Assembly (NCBI GenBank): GCA_044222185.1
Contig: JBGANV010000004.1
Coordinates: 352,001 to 416,000, forward strand
Direction: 5' to 3'
Length of the DNA stretch: 64,000 nucleotides
Origin: Planctomycetota bacterium
GTDB taxonomy: Bacteria > Planctomycetota > GCA-002687715 > CAIWVZ01
The notes under the pieces are model-generated. The model was not told where the DNA came from and did not search any database. It was given only the letters and a program-made list of their open reading frames with translations. The first letter of the stretch is position 1. Each line of letters begins with the position of its first letter. Both the position numbers and the translations under genes were made by a program. Below, piece after piece: positions 30,244 through 41,711 of this stretch.

Positions 30244-31107
30244 ATGAATCATCAACATGTCCTCGTGATCGGCGGCGGGACGATGGGCAACGGCATCGCT
30301 CACGTCTTCGCCCAATCCGGCCGCAACGTCACCCTGCTCGACGTGAAGACCGAGTTCCTCGACAAGGCGCGCGCCACCATCGAATCGAACCTGGCGCGCC
30401 AGGTGAAGAAGGGCACGCTCTCGGACGCAGACGCGAAGGCCACCGTCGGACGCATCAAGTTCGCAACCGACATGGCCGATGCGCGACAGGCGACGATCGG
30501 CATCGAGGCCGTGACCGAGAACCTGGCGGTCAAGCGCGACATCTTCCAGAAGATGGACGCGACGCTGGCGCCGAACGCGATCCTCGCCACGAACACGTCG
30601 TCCATCTCCATCACGAAGATTGCGGCGGCGACGAAGCGCCCGACGCAGGTCATCGGCATGCACTTCATGAACCCGGTGCCGGTCATGAAGCTCGTGGAGA
30701 TCATCCGCGGCCACGTGACGTCCGACGACACGACGCGTCAGACCGTCGAGCTGTCGCGCGACCTCGGCAAGACGCCGGTCGAAGTGAACGACTGGCCCGG
30801 CTTCGTCAGCAACCGCGTGCTGATGCCGCTCATCAACGAGGCGGCGTTCGCGCTGATGGAAGGCGTGGCGACGAAGGAAGCCATCGACGAAGTGATGAAG
30901 CTCGGGATGAATCACCCCATGGGTCCGCTGACGCTCGCCGACTTCATCGGGCTCGACGTGTGCCTGAGCATCATGAACGTGCTGTTCGAGGGGTTCGGTG
31001 ACGGGCGATTCCGCCCCTGCCCGCTGCTGAAGAAGCTCGTCGACGCGGGGCACCTGGGCCGCAAGAGCGGTCGCGGGTTCTACGACTACACGCAAGCTTC
31101 GGCCTGA
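30244..31107 (+). CDS. hbd: 3-hydroxybutyryl-CoA dehydrogenase
   Basis: [46 protein letters not shown]. Confidence 0.93.
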   Translation: MNHQHVLVIGGGTMGNGIAHVFAQSGRNVTLLDVKTEFLDKARATIESNLARQVKKGTLSDADAKATVGRIKFATDMADARQATIGIEAVTENLAVKRDIFQKMDATLAPNAILATNTSSISITKIAAATKRPTQVIGMHFMNPVPVMKLVEIIRGHVTSDDTTRQTVELSRDLGKTPVEVNDWPGFVSNRVLMPLINEAAFALMEGVATKEAIDEVMKLGMNHPMGPLTLADFIGLDVCLSIMNVLFEGFGDGRFRPCPLLKKLVDAGHLGRKSGRGFYDYTQASA

Positions 31108-31111
31108 GCTC

Positions 31112-32257
31112 ATGGAGTACAGCCTCACCTCCGAGCAGGAGACGCACCGCGAGCGTGCGCGCGCGTTCGCGGACACGGTCGTGAAGCCGGGCGCCGGCGA
31201 TCGCGATGCGAAGAAGCTCTTCCCCCGCGACATCGTGAAAGCCGCGGCCGCCCAGGGCTACATGGGACTCCTCGTCCCGACGGCGTTCGGTGGCGCGGGC
31301 CTCGACAACGTGCGTCAGTGCCTGATCCTCGAGGAGATCGCCCGGGCCGACGCGTCGGCGCACGTCACCATCTCCGTGCACAACTCGCTCGTCTGCGGGC
31401 CGACGAACAAGTACGCGAGCGACGTCCTGAAGCGGAAATACCTGCCGCAGCTCGCCCGTGGCGAGATGATCGGGGCGTACGCCTTGACCGAGCCACACGC
31501 GGGGTCGGATGCCGCCGCGCTCTCGTGCACGGCCGTCCGCGATGGCGACGCCTGGGTGATGAACGGCTCGAAGATGTGGATCACGACGGGCGGTGAAGCG
31601 GGGCTCATCCTCGTGTTCGCCCGCACGGACAAGTCGGCCCAGAAGGCCAAGGGCATCTCCGCATTCCTCGTCGATCGGCATTCGCCCGGACTCACCGTCG
31701 GGAAGCCCGAGAACAAGCTCGGCATTCGAGCCTCGGAGACGGTCCAGCTGTTCTTCGAGAACGTCCGCATCCCCGGCGAGAACCTCGTGGGCGAGCTCAA
31801 TCGCGGCTTCAACTATGCGATGGAGACGCTGAACGGCGGCCGGATCGGGATCGCCACGCAGGCCGTCGGCATCGCGCAGGCAATCCTGGACGAGGTCGTG
31901 CTGGCTCTTCGTGGCCGCAAGCGCGACGGCGTGGCCGTGCGGACGACGCAGGACGAGGACTTCCGCGTGGCCGAGATGGCGACGAAGGTGACGGCGGCGC
32001 GGCACCTCGTGCGCCATGCGGCCCAGCTTCGTGATCGCAATCAGGAGCACGTCCGCGAGGCGTCGATGGCGAAGTTGTTCGCGTCGCAGGCGGCGAACGA
32101 GATGGCCCGCATGGCCGTCGAGCTGCTCGGACCCGAGGGGTATCGCGACGACCTGCCCATCGCGCGCTTGTTCCGCGATGCGCGGATCACCGAGATCTAC
32201 GAAGGCACGACCGAAGTCCAAAAACTCGTGATTGCCCGGACGTACCTGCGGGACTGA
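31112..32257 (+). CDS. Acyl-CoA dehydrogenase
   Basis: ALTEP.AGSD, NGSKMWIT, KLGIRAS, RDARITEIYEGT.E. Confidence 0.95.
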   Translation: MEYSLTSEQETHRERARAFADTVVKPGAGDRDAKKLFPRDIVKAAAAQGYMGLLVPTAFGGAGLDNVRQCLILEEIARADASAHVTISVHNSLVCGPTNKYASDVLKRKYLPQLARGEMIGAYALTEPHAGSDAAALSCTAVRDGDAWVMNGSKMWITTGGEAGLILVFARTDKSAQKAKGISAFLVDRHSPGLTVGKPENKLGIRASETVQLFFENVRIPGENLVGELNRGFNYAMETLNGGRIGIATQAVGIAQAILDEVVLALRGRKRDGVAVRTTQDEDFRVAEMATKVTAARHLVRHAAQLRDRNQEHVREASMAKLFASQAANEMARMAVELLGPEGYRDDLPIARLFRDARITEIYEGTTEVQKLVIARTYLRD

Positions 32258-32259
32258 AG

Positions 32260-33210
32260 GTGGATGTTGCCGATCGCATCGCGCGCGGTGACCGGGGCGC
32301 GCTCGCTCGCGCGCTGACGCTCGCGGAGAACGGCAGCCCGGACGTGGGCCCGCTCTTGCTCGCGCTGCGACCGCGGATCGGGCGCGCGCGCCGGATCGGA
32401 TTCACCGGCCCGCCCGGCGCGGGGAAGAGCACGCTCGTGTCGGCGCTCGTTCGGACCGCACGCGCCCGGGGCCAGACGGTGGCCGTGCTCGCCGTCGACC
32501 CGTCGAGCCCGTTCACGCTCGGCGCGCTCCTCGGCGATCGCATCCGCATGAACGAGCACGCACTCGACGCGGGCGTGTTCATCCGCAGTCAGTCGTCGCG
32601 CGGTGCCGAGGGCGGACTTTCGGCCACGGCGCCGGACATGCTGGATGTGCTCGACGCGGGTGGGTTCGACGTGATCTTCGTCGAGACGGTGGGCGTCGGT
32701 CAGGCCGAGCTCGAGGTCGTGCGGACGGCGGACGTCACGGTTGCCGTGGTCTCGCCGAACGCGGGCGACGTCGTTCAGGCGATGAAGGCCGGACTCCTCG
32801 AGGCGGCGGACGTCATCGTCGTCAACAAGGCCGACCTGCCGGGCGCCGAGCAGGCGCGAAACGATTTGATCGCCGGCCTGGAACTCGCCGAACACGGCGA
32901 GGAGAGCGCGCGGCGCGTGATCCTCGTGAGTGCGTCGAGCGGCGTCGGCGTCGCCGACGTGCTCGATCGGGCACTCGCCGTTCCCGATGCCGTCGTCGCC
33001 ACGCGGCGGGAGGCGGCGCTCGCGCGCCGGCTCGACGCGGCGGTCGTGCGTGAGCTCCTCCGCTTGCGACGCGCGCCGGGCGCGCGCGCCGCGTTCGACG
33101 CAGGCCTGGCTGCGGTGCGCGCGGGAGCCACAGATCTCGAGGCTGCGGCCAGAGCCGTGGCTGCCGCGGCCGCAAAATCCACGCATTCCCTGGGAGAGAC
33201 CCGTCCATGA
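32260..33210 (+). CDS. meaB: MeaB/ArgK GTPase chaperone of B12-dependent mutase
   Basis: [34 protein letters not shown]. Confidence 0.93.
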   Translation: MDVADRIARGDRGALARALTLAENGSPDVGPLLLALRPRIGRARRIGFTGPPGAGKSTLVSALVRTARARGQTVAVLAVDPSSPFTLGALLGDRIRMNEHALDAGVFIRSQSSRGAEGGLSATAPDMLDVLDAGGFDVIFVETVGVGQAELEVVRTADVTVAVVSPNAGDVVQAMKAGLLEAADVIVVNKADLPGAEQARNDLIAGLELAEHGEESARRVILVSASSGVGVADVLDRALAVPDAVVATRREAALARRLDAAVVRELLRLRRAPGARAAFDAGLAAVRAGATDLEAAARAVAAAAAKSTHSLGETRP

Positions 33211-33614
33211 GTGATCGCCGGATCCGGATTCTCGTCGCCAAGCCCGGGCTCGACGGGCATGACCGCGGGGCGAAGGTCGTGGCCGCGGCCCTTCGCGACG
33301 CCGGCATGGAAGTTATCTACACGGGCCTTCATCAGACGCCCGAGATGATCGTGCGCGCTGCCATCGACGAGGACGTGGACGCGATCGGCCTGTCGGTCCA
33401 CTCGGGCGCGCACATGACGCTCTTCACCAAGGTCATCGAGCTGATGAAGCAGAACGGGCTGAACGACGTCCTCCTCACGGGCGGGGGAATCATCCCGGCC
33501 GAGGATCGCGGGAAGCTCGAAGCGCTCGGCGTCGGCAAGATCTTCGGACCCGGCACCCCGACCGGCGAGCTGGCCACCTACATCCGGTCCGAGGTGGCGC
33601 GCCGCAGGCCGTGA
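33207..33614 (+). CDS. Cobalamin-binding small subunit of an acyl-CoA mutase (methylmalonyl/isobutyryl-CoA)
   Basis: [27 protein letters not shown]. Confidence 0.93.
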   Translation: MSDRRIRILVAKPGLDGHDRGAKVVAAALRDAGMEVIYTGLHQTPEMIVRAAIDEDVDAIGLSVHSGAHMTLFTKVIELMKQNGLNDVLLTGGGIIPAEDRGKLEALGVGKIFGPGTPTGELATYIRSEVARRRP

Positions 33615-33763
33615 GGGTTGACGGACGAGGCCTTCCACGGGGCGCGTCCGGCTGCTCCGGGGCGCCCTGCGGGCGCCTGACTGATAGCCACAACCCGTTT
33701 CCATGAATATTCTTGGGTTGCATGGTTGAAAATTGACATTCACGATGTCGAACCTCGAGCTGC

Positions 33764-34993
33764 ATGCTCGATCCGCATTGGCGTCACCACTTGGACCGAG
33801 CACTTCGAGAGGCGCCCATCGTGGCGCTCGTGGGCGCCCGTCAGGTGCCAAAAACGACGCTCGCTCGCACGCTCGACGAGCCGACGCGTCGCGATCTCGC
33901 CGCGACTGATCCCGTTGGCTTCCTCCGCCGGAACGAGCCCCTCATCATCGACGAGGTCCACCGGGTGCCGGAGCTGTTCCCCGCGCTGAAGATGTCCGTC
34001 GATGCGGATCGGCGTGCGGGACGGTTCGTGTTGCTGGGAAGTGCGAACTTTCTGCTGATGCGTCGCATCTCGGAGACTCTCGCCGGACGCATTCAGATCC
34101 TCGAGCTACCCGGGATGACGTTCTCCGAACGACACGCGCGGTCACCGTCGCCGATGTGGGCCGCCGCGATGTCAGCCCGGACCGTCGAGGCCGTCGAGCT
34201 GTGTCTTTCGTTCGTGACACCAAGCGAGTCCCTCGCAGCGGCGAGCGATCGCGGAGGCCTCATACCCGCGGCGCTCGACGATGACCCGGACCGCCGCGAC
34301 CGCTGGCTCGGCGCCTACGTCAGCACCTATGTCGAGCGCGACCTTCGTGACCTGTCCCAGGTCGGATCCCTGACCGACTTCCGCAGGTTCATCGGACTCG
34401 TCGCCCTTCGGACGGCACAGGTGTTGAACGCGTCAGACCTCGCTCGCGACAGTGGTGTGTCGGTTGGCACCGTCCGGAACTGGCTCGGCCTCCTCGAGAC
34501 GTCGTTCATCGTTCGCACAGTTGCCCCATTCCTGCCGAACCTCGGCAAGCGACTGACGCGAGCCCCGAAGCTCCACATCCGGGACGCCGCGCTTGCGTGG
34601 CACCTCGTCGGCGTGAACGGGGGCGAGGCTCGCCGAACTCACGCGCTCGCTGGATCGATCCTCGAATCCTGGATCATCGAGGAGATACTCGCGCAGTTGT
34701 CGGCAACGGATGTACGCGCCAACCCACTGTACATGCGCGTCCACGGAGGTGGCGAGATCGACATGGTCCTCGAACGCGGAGCACGGGCCCTTCCGGTCGA
34801 GATCAAGGCGGTCGCGCGCGTGCGGCCGGAGCAGCTCAAGTCGATCCGGATGTTGCTCGACGACCTCGGGCCGGATCGCGCCCCGCTCGGGCTCGTGATC
34901 TACGACGGCACGGACGTGATCCGCAGTCACCGGGATGTTCTCATCGTGCCTTGGCGACACGCGCTTTGTGGCGCGGCCGTTCCGCCACCCTGA
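33764..34993 (+). CDS. AAA+ ATPase with DUF4143 / C-terminal PD-(D/E)xK-like domain
   Basis: GARQVPKTT, IIDEV, LLGSA, ETLAGR, TYVERD, KRL..APK, EID.V.E....PVEIK. Confidence 0.85.
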   Translation: MLDPHWRHHLDRALREAPIVALVGARQVPKTTLARTLDEPTRRDLAATDPVGFLRRNEPLIIDEVHRVPELFPALKMSVDADRRAGRFVLLGSANFLLMRRISETLAGRIQILELPGMTFSERHARSPSPMWAAAMSARTVEAVELCLSFVTPSESLAAASDRGGLIPAALDDDPDRRDRWLGAYVSTYVERDLRDLSQVGSLTDFRRFIGLVALRTAQVLNASDLARDSGVSVGTVRNWLGLLETSFIVRTVAPFLPNLGKRLTRAPKLHIRDAALAWHLVGVNGGEARRTHALAGSILESWIIEEILAQLSATDVRANPLYMRVHGGGEIDMVLERGARALPVEIKAVARVRPEQLKSIRMLLDDLGPDRAPLGLVIYDGTDVIRSHRDVLIVPWRHALCGAAVPPP

Positions 34994-35010
34994 ACGCGAG
35001 CGGTGCGACG

Positions 35011-35610
35011 TCAGGGCTCGACGGGAGGGCCGGCCTGCCGCATCAACCGCTCGATGCGGCGGTCGGGAATCAGCCAGATGAGCGCGACCGTGACGTAGAG
35101 GGCGTTTGCGATCCATGGGCTCACGAACGCGCAGGGGATGGCGACGGCGTAGATCACGGGCGAGAGCTTGCCCTTCAGATCCCGCCCGACGGCGCGCGCG
35201 AGCATGGATTCGTTGCCGTGCACGACGAGGATCGTTCGCTGGAGGTTCCAGTAGGCGATCGCTGCCATCAGCAGCACGAAGCCATACAGCGCGGTGGGAG
35301 CCGCTGCGAATCGGCTCTCGCCGGTCCAACCCGTCGCGAACGGAATCAACGAAAGCCAGAACAAGAGGTACAGGTTCGCCCAGAGCACGCCGCCCGACAC
35401 CTGCTTCGCCGCCTGCAGCATGTGGTGGTGGTTGTTCCAGTAGATGCCGACGTAGAGGAAGCTCAGGACGTAGCTCACGAACACGGGCAGGATCGGCGTG
35501 AGGTCCGCGAGCGACGCCGTGGCGTGCGGCACCTTCATCTCGAGGACCATGATCGTGAGGGCGATCGCCAGCACTCCGTCGCTGAAGGCCTCCAGGCGTC
35601 CTTTGTTCAT
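35011..35610 (-). CDS. TMEM175-family potassium channel
   Basis: RLEAFSDGVLAIALTIMVL, YWNNHH. Confidence 0.92.
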   Translation of the reverse strand: MNKGRLEAFSDGVLAIALTIMVLEMKVPHATASLADLTPILPVFVSYVLSFLYVGIYWNNHHHMLQAAKQVSGGVLWANLYLLFWLSLIPFATGWTGESRFAAAPTALYGFVLLMAAIAYWNLQRTILVVHGNESMLARAVGRDLKGKLSPVIYAVAIPCAFVSPWIANALYVTVALIWLIPDRRIERLMRQAGPPVEP

Positions 35611-35789
35611 GGTATTGCTCGGGTCCTGCGGTGGGCTCGTCGTCAGGGGGCGGGTAAACCCCAGGCCGCCGTCGTTCGGGCGACGATCCTATCGCTCGTG
35701 CGACGATGCATGGCGCGGCGTAGGATGCGCGCCGGCGGGCTCGAGCAGGTCACGGTCGCGTCGCCTGCATTGTCATCTGGAGGATCGTC

Positions 35790-36314
35790 ATGGCCGAAGA
35801 TGCGAGGCCACGCCGTGCGAACCTGTTCACCACGGTCGGGTGCTACGGACTTGGGGCCGCGATCGGAGCTGGGATCGGAGCGCTCGGCTTTTGGGGACTG
35901 ACGTGCTTGATCCTGCGCGTCTTGGGCCGCGACTGGAACCGCTTCGGTACGGTCGTGCTGCTGACGATCGTGCCACCGGTCCTGACGCTCGTTGCGTCGT
36001 ACGTCCTCGTCCGGCTCGTTCCGCGGGTCGGTGCCTGGCGCGTCTCTCTCGGAGTCGGCTATCTGCTCGGAGTCTGGTTCCCTCCTCCCTGGGTCTTGGA
36101 GTCCATGTTTGGCTGGGTTGGCGATCAAGGCGCCCCTGCGCCGACAGTGCAATTCCATTGGCTCTCGACGCCCGCAGCCCTCCTCATCGTGTCGGTCCAC
36201 GTGGGATCGCCCCTGGCGTTGATCGTCGCGACCCTCGTTGGCATTCGCCTCGTCTTCCGCGGCCGCACTCAACCCAGCAACTCATCCGTCGAAGCCTGCC
36301 GCCCAGCCGCGTGA
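35790..36314 (+). CDS. Hypothetical membrane protein
   Basis: RBS GGAGG; about four hydrophobic segments. Confidence 0.65.
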   Translation: MAEDARPRRANLFTTVGCYGLGAAIGAGIGALGFWGLTCLILRVLGRDWNRFGTVVLLTIVPPVLTLVASYVLVRLVPRVGAWRVSLGVGYLLGVWFPPPWVLESMFGWVGDQGAPAPTVQFHWLSTPAALLIVSVHVGSPLALIVATLVGIRLVFRGRTQPSNSSVEACRPAA

Positions 36315-36336
36315 GCCGCGGCATGCCAGCGCCGCC

Positions 36337-36747
36337 GGAACGCCAAGCTCCGGCTTGGCTGGACCGCGAGGCCTCCGGACTCGCGTGAATGTTGAAAGCC
36401 ATTCCTCATCGGGCGGCTGCGGTCGAGTGGGCAACGGTGTGCTGCCAGGAATCGAGGCAGGGCTGGAGCGCGGCGCTCTTGTCGCTCGGAACGCCAAGCT
36501 CCGGCTTGGCTGGACCGCGAGGCCTCCGGACTCGCGCGAATGTTGAAAGCCGTTCCTCATCGGGCGGCCGCGATCGAGTGGGCAACGGTGTGCTGCCAGG
36601 AATCGAGGCAGGGCTGGAGCCCTGCCGTCCGGCCGCGCTGGAGCACGGCGCTCCGGCCGCTCGGAACGCCAAGCTCCGGCTTGGCTGGACCGCGAGGCCT
36701 CCGGACTCGCGTGAATGTTGAAAGCCGTTCCTCATCGGGCGGCTGCG
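36337..36747. repeat. Tandem array of near-identical REP-doublet elements (36337-36487, 36488-36662, partial 36663-36747)
   Basis: Each unit starts GGAACGCCAAGCTCCGGCTTGGCTGGACCGCGAGGCCTCCGGACTCGCG(T/C)GAATGTTGAAAGCC; units differ by a few SNPs and one indel. Confidence 0.9.
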
Positions 36748-37029
36748 CTGCACCAACCACCTGCGGTTCGCATTCGCCGCAGACCCATGTGCGGACCCGA
36801 TCCTGTGCGGCGCATTTGTGTGATGCGCGCATTGTTTCTGATTCCACGACGCCGCGGCGGCGAAACGAGTTGCGCGCCAGAAAAGTAGGCACGGCTGCGC
36901 CGGCTCCGAACGGCGCTTTTTCGCGGCGTAGTTTCGCACGACGACGGGGGCGTCTCGTGCGATCGAGGGAAGCGCGAAGGCACGGGGCCTTCGCGGACGC
37001 TCGCGCACCGCCCGCGGCGGGAGGGCGAC

Positions 37030-38037
37030 ATGAGCGGGCAATCACCAGGTGCGCAAGGCAACATCGCGATCTTCGAGGCGGCGGACGGAACGATCCGGCT
37101 CGACGTGAGGCTGGAGAGGGAGACGGTGTGGCTCACACAAGCGCAGATGGCGGAGTTGTTCGGCCGCGAGCGGTCCGTCGTGACCAAGCACATCCGGAAC
37201 GTGTTCCGCGAGGGCGAATTGGAGGAGGCGACCAATGTGCATTTCTTGCACATTGCTTCCTCTGACAAACCGATCGCGATCTACAGCCTCGACGTCATCC
37301 TCTCCGTCGGCTATCGCGTGAACTCCAAGCGCGGCACCCAGTTCAGGATCTGGGCGACGCGCGTCCTTCGGGATCACGTGCTCCGTGGCTGGAGTCTGAA
37401 CGAATGGCGACTGCGGGAGGTCGGACTTCGCGACCTCGAGCAGGCCATGGCCCTGCTGTCGGGGACGCTCGTCACCAACGCGATCGTCACCGAGGAGGGC
37501 GGGGCCGTCCTCGACGTCGTCCGCCGGTACGCGAGTTCGTGGCGGCTGCTTCTCGAGTTCGACGAAGATCGACTCGCCGTCACGCCCCGCCACCCCGTGC
37601 CGCCCACGCCGGAGGTGACGCTGGCGAGCGCGCGCCAGGTCGTCGCGACCCTCCGCGACGATCTGAACTCTCGGGGACAGGCGACGTCACTCTTCGGCCT
37701 GGAGCGGGGCGACCAGCTGGCAGCCGCGCTCGGCGCCATCGAGCAGACGTTCGACGGGCGTCCTCTCTACCCGAATGCCCAATCCCGCGCCGCGCACCTG
37801 CTGTACCTGGTGATCAAGGACCACCCGTTTGCCGACGGGAACAAGCGGATCGGCACCCTCCTGTTCCTCGACTACCCCCGCCGTGCGGGCCTGTTGATGC
37901 TGGCCGATGGCAGGCCGCGGCTCGCGGACAACGCCGTCGTGGCCCTGGCGCTGCTCGTCGCCGAGAGTCGGCCGGCTCAGAAGGACCTCATGGTTCGGCT
38001 CGTGCTGAGCCTGCTCGAGAACGGCGAGACCTCATGA
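37030..38037 (+). CDS. RhuM-Fic/DOC fusion protein
   Basis: ETVWLTQAQMAELF, I.SVGYRVNSKRGTQFRIWA; Fic motif HPFADGNKRIG. Confidence 0.92.
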   Translation: MSGQSPGAQGNIAIFEAADGTIRLDVRLERETVWLTQAQMAELFGRERSVVTKHIRNVFREGELEEATNVHFLHIASSDKPIAIYSLDVILSVGYRVNSKRGTQFRIWATRVLRDHVLRGWSLNEWRLREVGLRDLEQAMALLSGTLVTNAIVTEEGGAVLDVVRRYASSWRLLLEFDEDRLAVTPRHPVPPTPEVTLASARQVVATLRDDLNSRGQATSLFGLERGDQLAAALGAIEQTFDGRPLYPNAQSRAAHLLYLVIKDHPFADGNKRIGTLLFLDYPRRAGLLMLADGRPRLADNAVVALALLVAESRPAQKDLMVRLVLSLLENGETS

Positions 38038-38248
38038 TCCTTTGACCACGACGGGACCGTTCGGCGAGGCGAAACGCCACCGATGAACACGCGCCCGACG
38101 GTCCCACAAGGCTCCCCATGCGGCAGTTTCCGGCGATTTCGGGCCAAGGCCTGCAACGCGATGTCACCCTCGCCGGATGCGCGGGGTCATTGATACACTC
38201 CGACGCTTTTCGAAGCCGACGGATTCGCACTCGCTACGGAGCAGCCGT

Positions 38249-38944
38249 TTGAGCAGTTCCTGCAACCCACTCAACTCGTCGATCGGTGCCAAGAACGTGA
38301 TGGCCATCACGGGCATCTGTCTCGTCCTCTTCGTGCTCGTGCACATGGCCGGCAACCTCCAGGTCTTCGCGGGACCGGACAAGCTGAACGCCTACGCCAA
38401 GGGGCTTCGCGACCTCGGGCCGCTCCTGTGGGTCGCGCGGATCGGACTCCTCGCGCTGTTCGGGCTCCACATCGCGGCAGCGCTGCGGGTGAACGCCCGC
38501 AACAAGGCCGCGCGCCCCACGCCGTACCTCACGGCGCAGCCGCAGGTCACGAGCTACGCCGCGCGAACGATGTTCATGACGGGGCTCGTCATCGCCGCCT
38601 TCGCGCTCTATCACCTCGCTCACTTCACGTGGGGCTGGGTCCAGAGCGCCAACCACGGCCTCCTCGATGACAAGGGCCGCACCGACGTCTACACGATGGT
38701 CGTGAAGGGGTTCCAGAACCCGATCGTCACGCTCACCTACGTCATCGCGCAGGTGCTGCTGGCCCTGCACATCTCCCACGGCGCGTCGAGCGCGTTCCAG
38801 ACGCTCGGCGTCACGAACCCGCGACTGAAGTTCCTGAAGGCCGGCCTGGGCAAGGTCGTCGGCGGCATCGTGCTCCTGGGGAACCTGTCGATGCCCATCT
38901 CGATCCTCCTTGGGATCATCACCCTTCCGACCGGAGCCCGCTGA
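38249..38944 (+). CDS. sdhC: Succinate dehydrogenase/fumarate reductase cytochrome b subunit
   Basis: SSIG.K.VMAITG, HM.GNL, HISHG..SAFQTLG; TTG start with GGAG RBS inferred. Confidence 0.9.
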   Translation: MSSSCNPLNSSIGAKNVMAITGICLVLFVLVHMAGNLQVFAGPDKLNAYAKGLRDLGPLLWVARIGLLALFGLHIAAALRVNARNKAARPTPYLTAQPQVTSYAARTMFMTGLVIAAFALYHLAHFTWGWVQSANHGLLDDKGRTDVYTMVVKGFQNPIVTLTYVIAQVLLALHISHGASSAFQTLGVTNPRLKFLKAGLGKVVGGIVLLGNLSMPISILLGIITLPTGAR

Positions 38945-40856
38945 TGAAGCTCGATGCCAAGATCCCGTCGGGGCCGCTCGCGCAGAAGTGGGAGAAGCAC
39001 CGCTTCGATCTGAAGCTGGTCAACCCGGCCAACAAGCGGAAGTTCAAGGTCATCGTCGTGGGGACGGGGCTCGCGGGCGGTTCGGCCGCGGCCACCATGG
39101 CGGAGCTCGGCTACAACGTCGACTGCTTCTGCTTCCACGACAGCGCGCGCCGCGCGCACTCGATCGCCGCCCAGGGCGGAATCAACGCCGCGAAGAATTA
39201 CCAGAACGACGGCGACAGCACGTGGCGCCTCTTCTACGACACGATCAAAGGTGGTGACTTCCGCGCTCGCGAGGCGAACGTCCACCGCCTCGCCGAGGTG
39301 AGTACGGCGATCATCGACCAGTGCGTCGCGCAGGGCGTGCCGTTCGCCCGCGAGTACGGCGGGACGCTCGCCAACCGCTCCTTCGGCGGCGCCCAGGTGT
39401 CGCGCACGTTCTATGCGCGTGGCCAGACTGGGCAGCAGCTCCTGCTCGGGTGCTATGCCGCGCTCAGCCGCCAGGTCGGCGCGGGCAAGGTGAAGATGCA
39501 CCCGCGGCTCGAGATGCTCGACGTCGTCATCAGCGAGGGGCGCGCGCGCGGCATCGTCACCCGCGACCTCGTCAACGGGAAGATCGAGACGTGGGCCGCG
39601 GATGCGGTCGTCCTCGCGACCGGTGGCTACAGCAACGTCTTCTTCCTCTCGACGAACGCCAAGGCGTGCAACGTGACGGCGGCCTATCGCGCTTACAAAC
39701 GCGGCGCCGGGTTCGCCAACCCGTGCTTCACGCAGATCCACCCGACGGGCATTCCGGCGAGCAGTGATCACAGCTCGAAGACGACGCTGATGTCCGAGTC
39801 GCTGCGCAACGACGGCCGTGTGTGGGTGCCGCTGAAGCAGAAGGACACGCGGGCGCCGGACCAGATCCCCGAGTCCGAGCGCGACTATTACCTGGAGCGG
39901 CGTTATCCGTCGTTCGGCAACCTGGCCCCGCGCGACATCTCGTCCCGCGCGGCCAAGGCCGTGTGCGACGAAGGCCGCGGCGTGGGTCCGAGCGGCATGG
40001 GTGTCTACCTGGATTTCGCCGACGCCATCAAGCGCCTCGGCGTCGATCAGATCGCCCAGCGCTACGGCAACTTGTTCGACATGTATCAGAACATCACGGG
40101 GGAGAACCCCTACAAGACGCCCATGCGCATCTACCCGGCTGCGCACTACACCATGGGCGGGTTGTGGGTGGACTACAACCTCATGAGCACGGTGCCGGGG
40201 CTCTTCGTCATCGGTGAAGCCAACTTCTCCGATCACGGGGCGAACCGCCTCGGCGCGAGCGCACTGATGCAGGGCCTCGCGGACGGCTACTTCGTCCTGC
40301 CGTACACGATCGGCGGCTATCTGGCTGAGACGGGGCCGTCGAAGATCGGCGCCGATCACGGCGACTTCCGTACGGTTGCGAACGAGGTCGAAGCGGCGAC
40401 GAAGCGGCTCTTGTCGATCAACGGCAAGCGCTCGCCCGACAGCTTCCACATCGAACTCGGCAAGGTGATGTGGGACGAGTGCGGCATGGCCCGCACGAAG
40501 GAAGGACTGGGCCGCGCGCTCAAGCGCATCCCCGAGATTCGCGCGGAGTTCTACAAGAACCTGCGCGTCCTCGGCGAGCCTGGCAACTTGAACCAGACTC
40601 TCGAGAAGGCGGCGCGCGTGGCCGACTTCCTCGAGTTCGCCGAGCTCATGTGCCGCGACGCGCTCATGCGCGAGGAGTCGTGCGGCGGCCACTTCCGCGT
40701 CGAGCACCAGACCCCGGACGGCGAGGCGAAGCGCGACGACGCGAACTTCGCCCACGCGACCGTGTGGGAGTACCAGGGCCCGTCGGCCGAACCCGCGATG
40801 CACAAGGAACCGCTGACCTTCGAGAACGTCCACCTCGCGACCCGGAGCTACAAGTA

Positions 40857-40857
<1 letters not shown>
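38944..40857 (+). CDS. sdhA: Succinate dehydrogenase/fumarate reductase flavoprotein
   Basis: [38 protein letters not shown]. Confidence 0.96.
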
Positions 40858-41630
<773 letters not shown>

Positions 41631-41711
41631 TCACCGCGAGCCGAGCGTCCGGCGTCACCGGATGCGCGGCTCGGCGCCTCGCGGCATGGCAATCCTCGGA
41701 CCGGCCGCCGT

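Noticed and set aside
36337-36747. Possible CRISPR array
   Set aside because: Whole 150-175 bp units repeat; there are no unique spacers and no cas genes.
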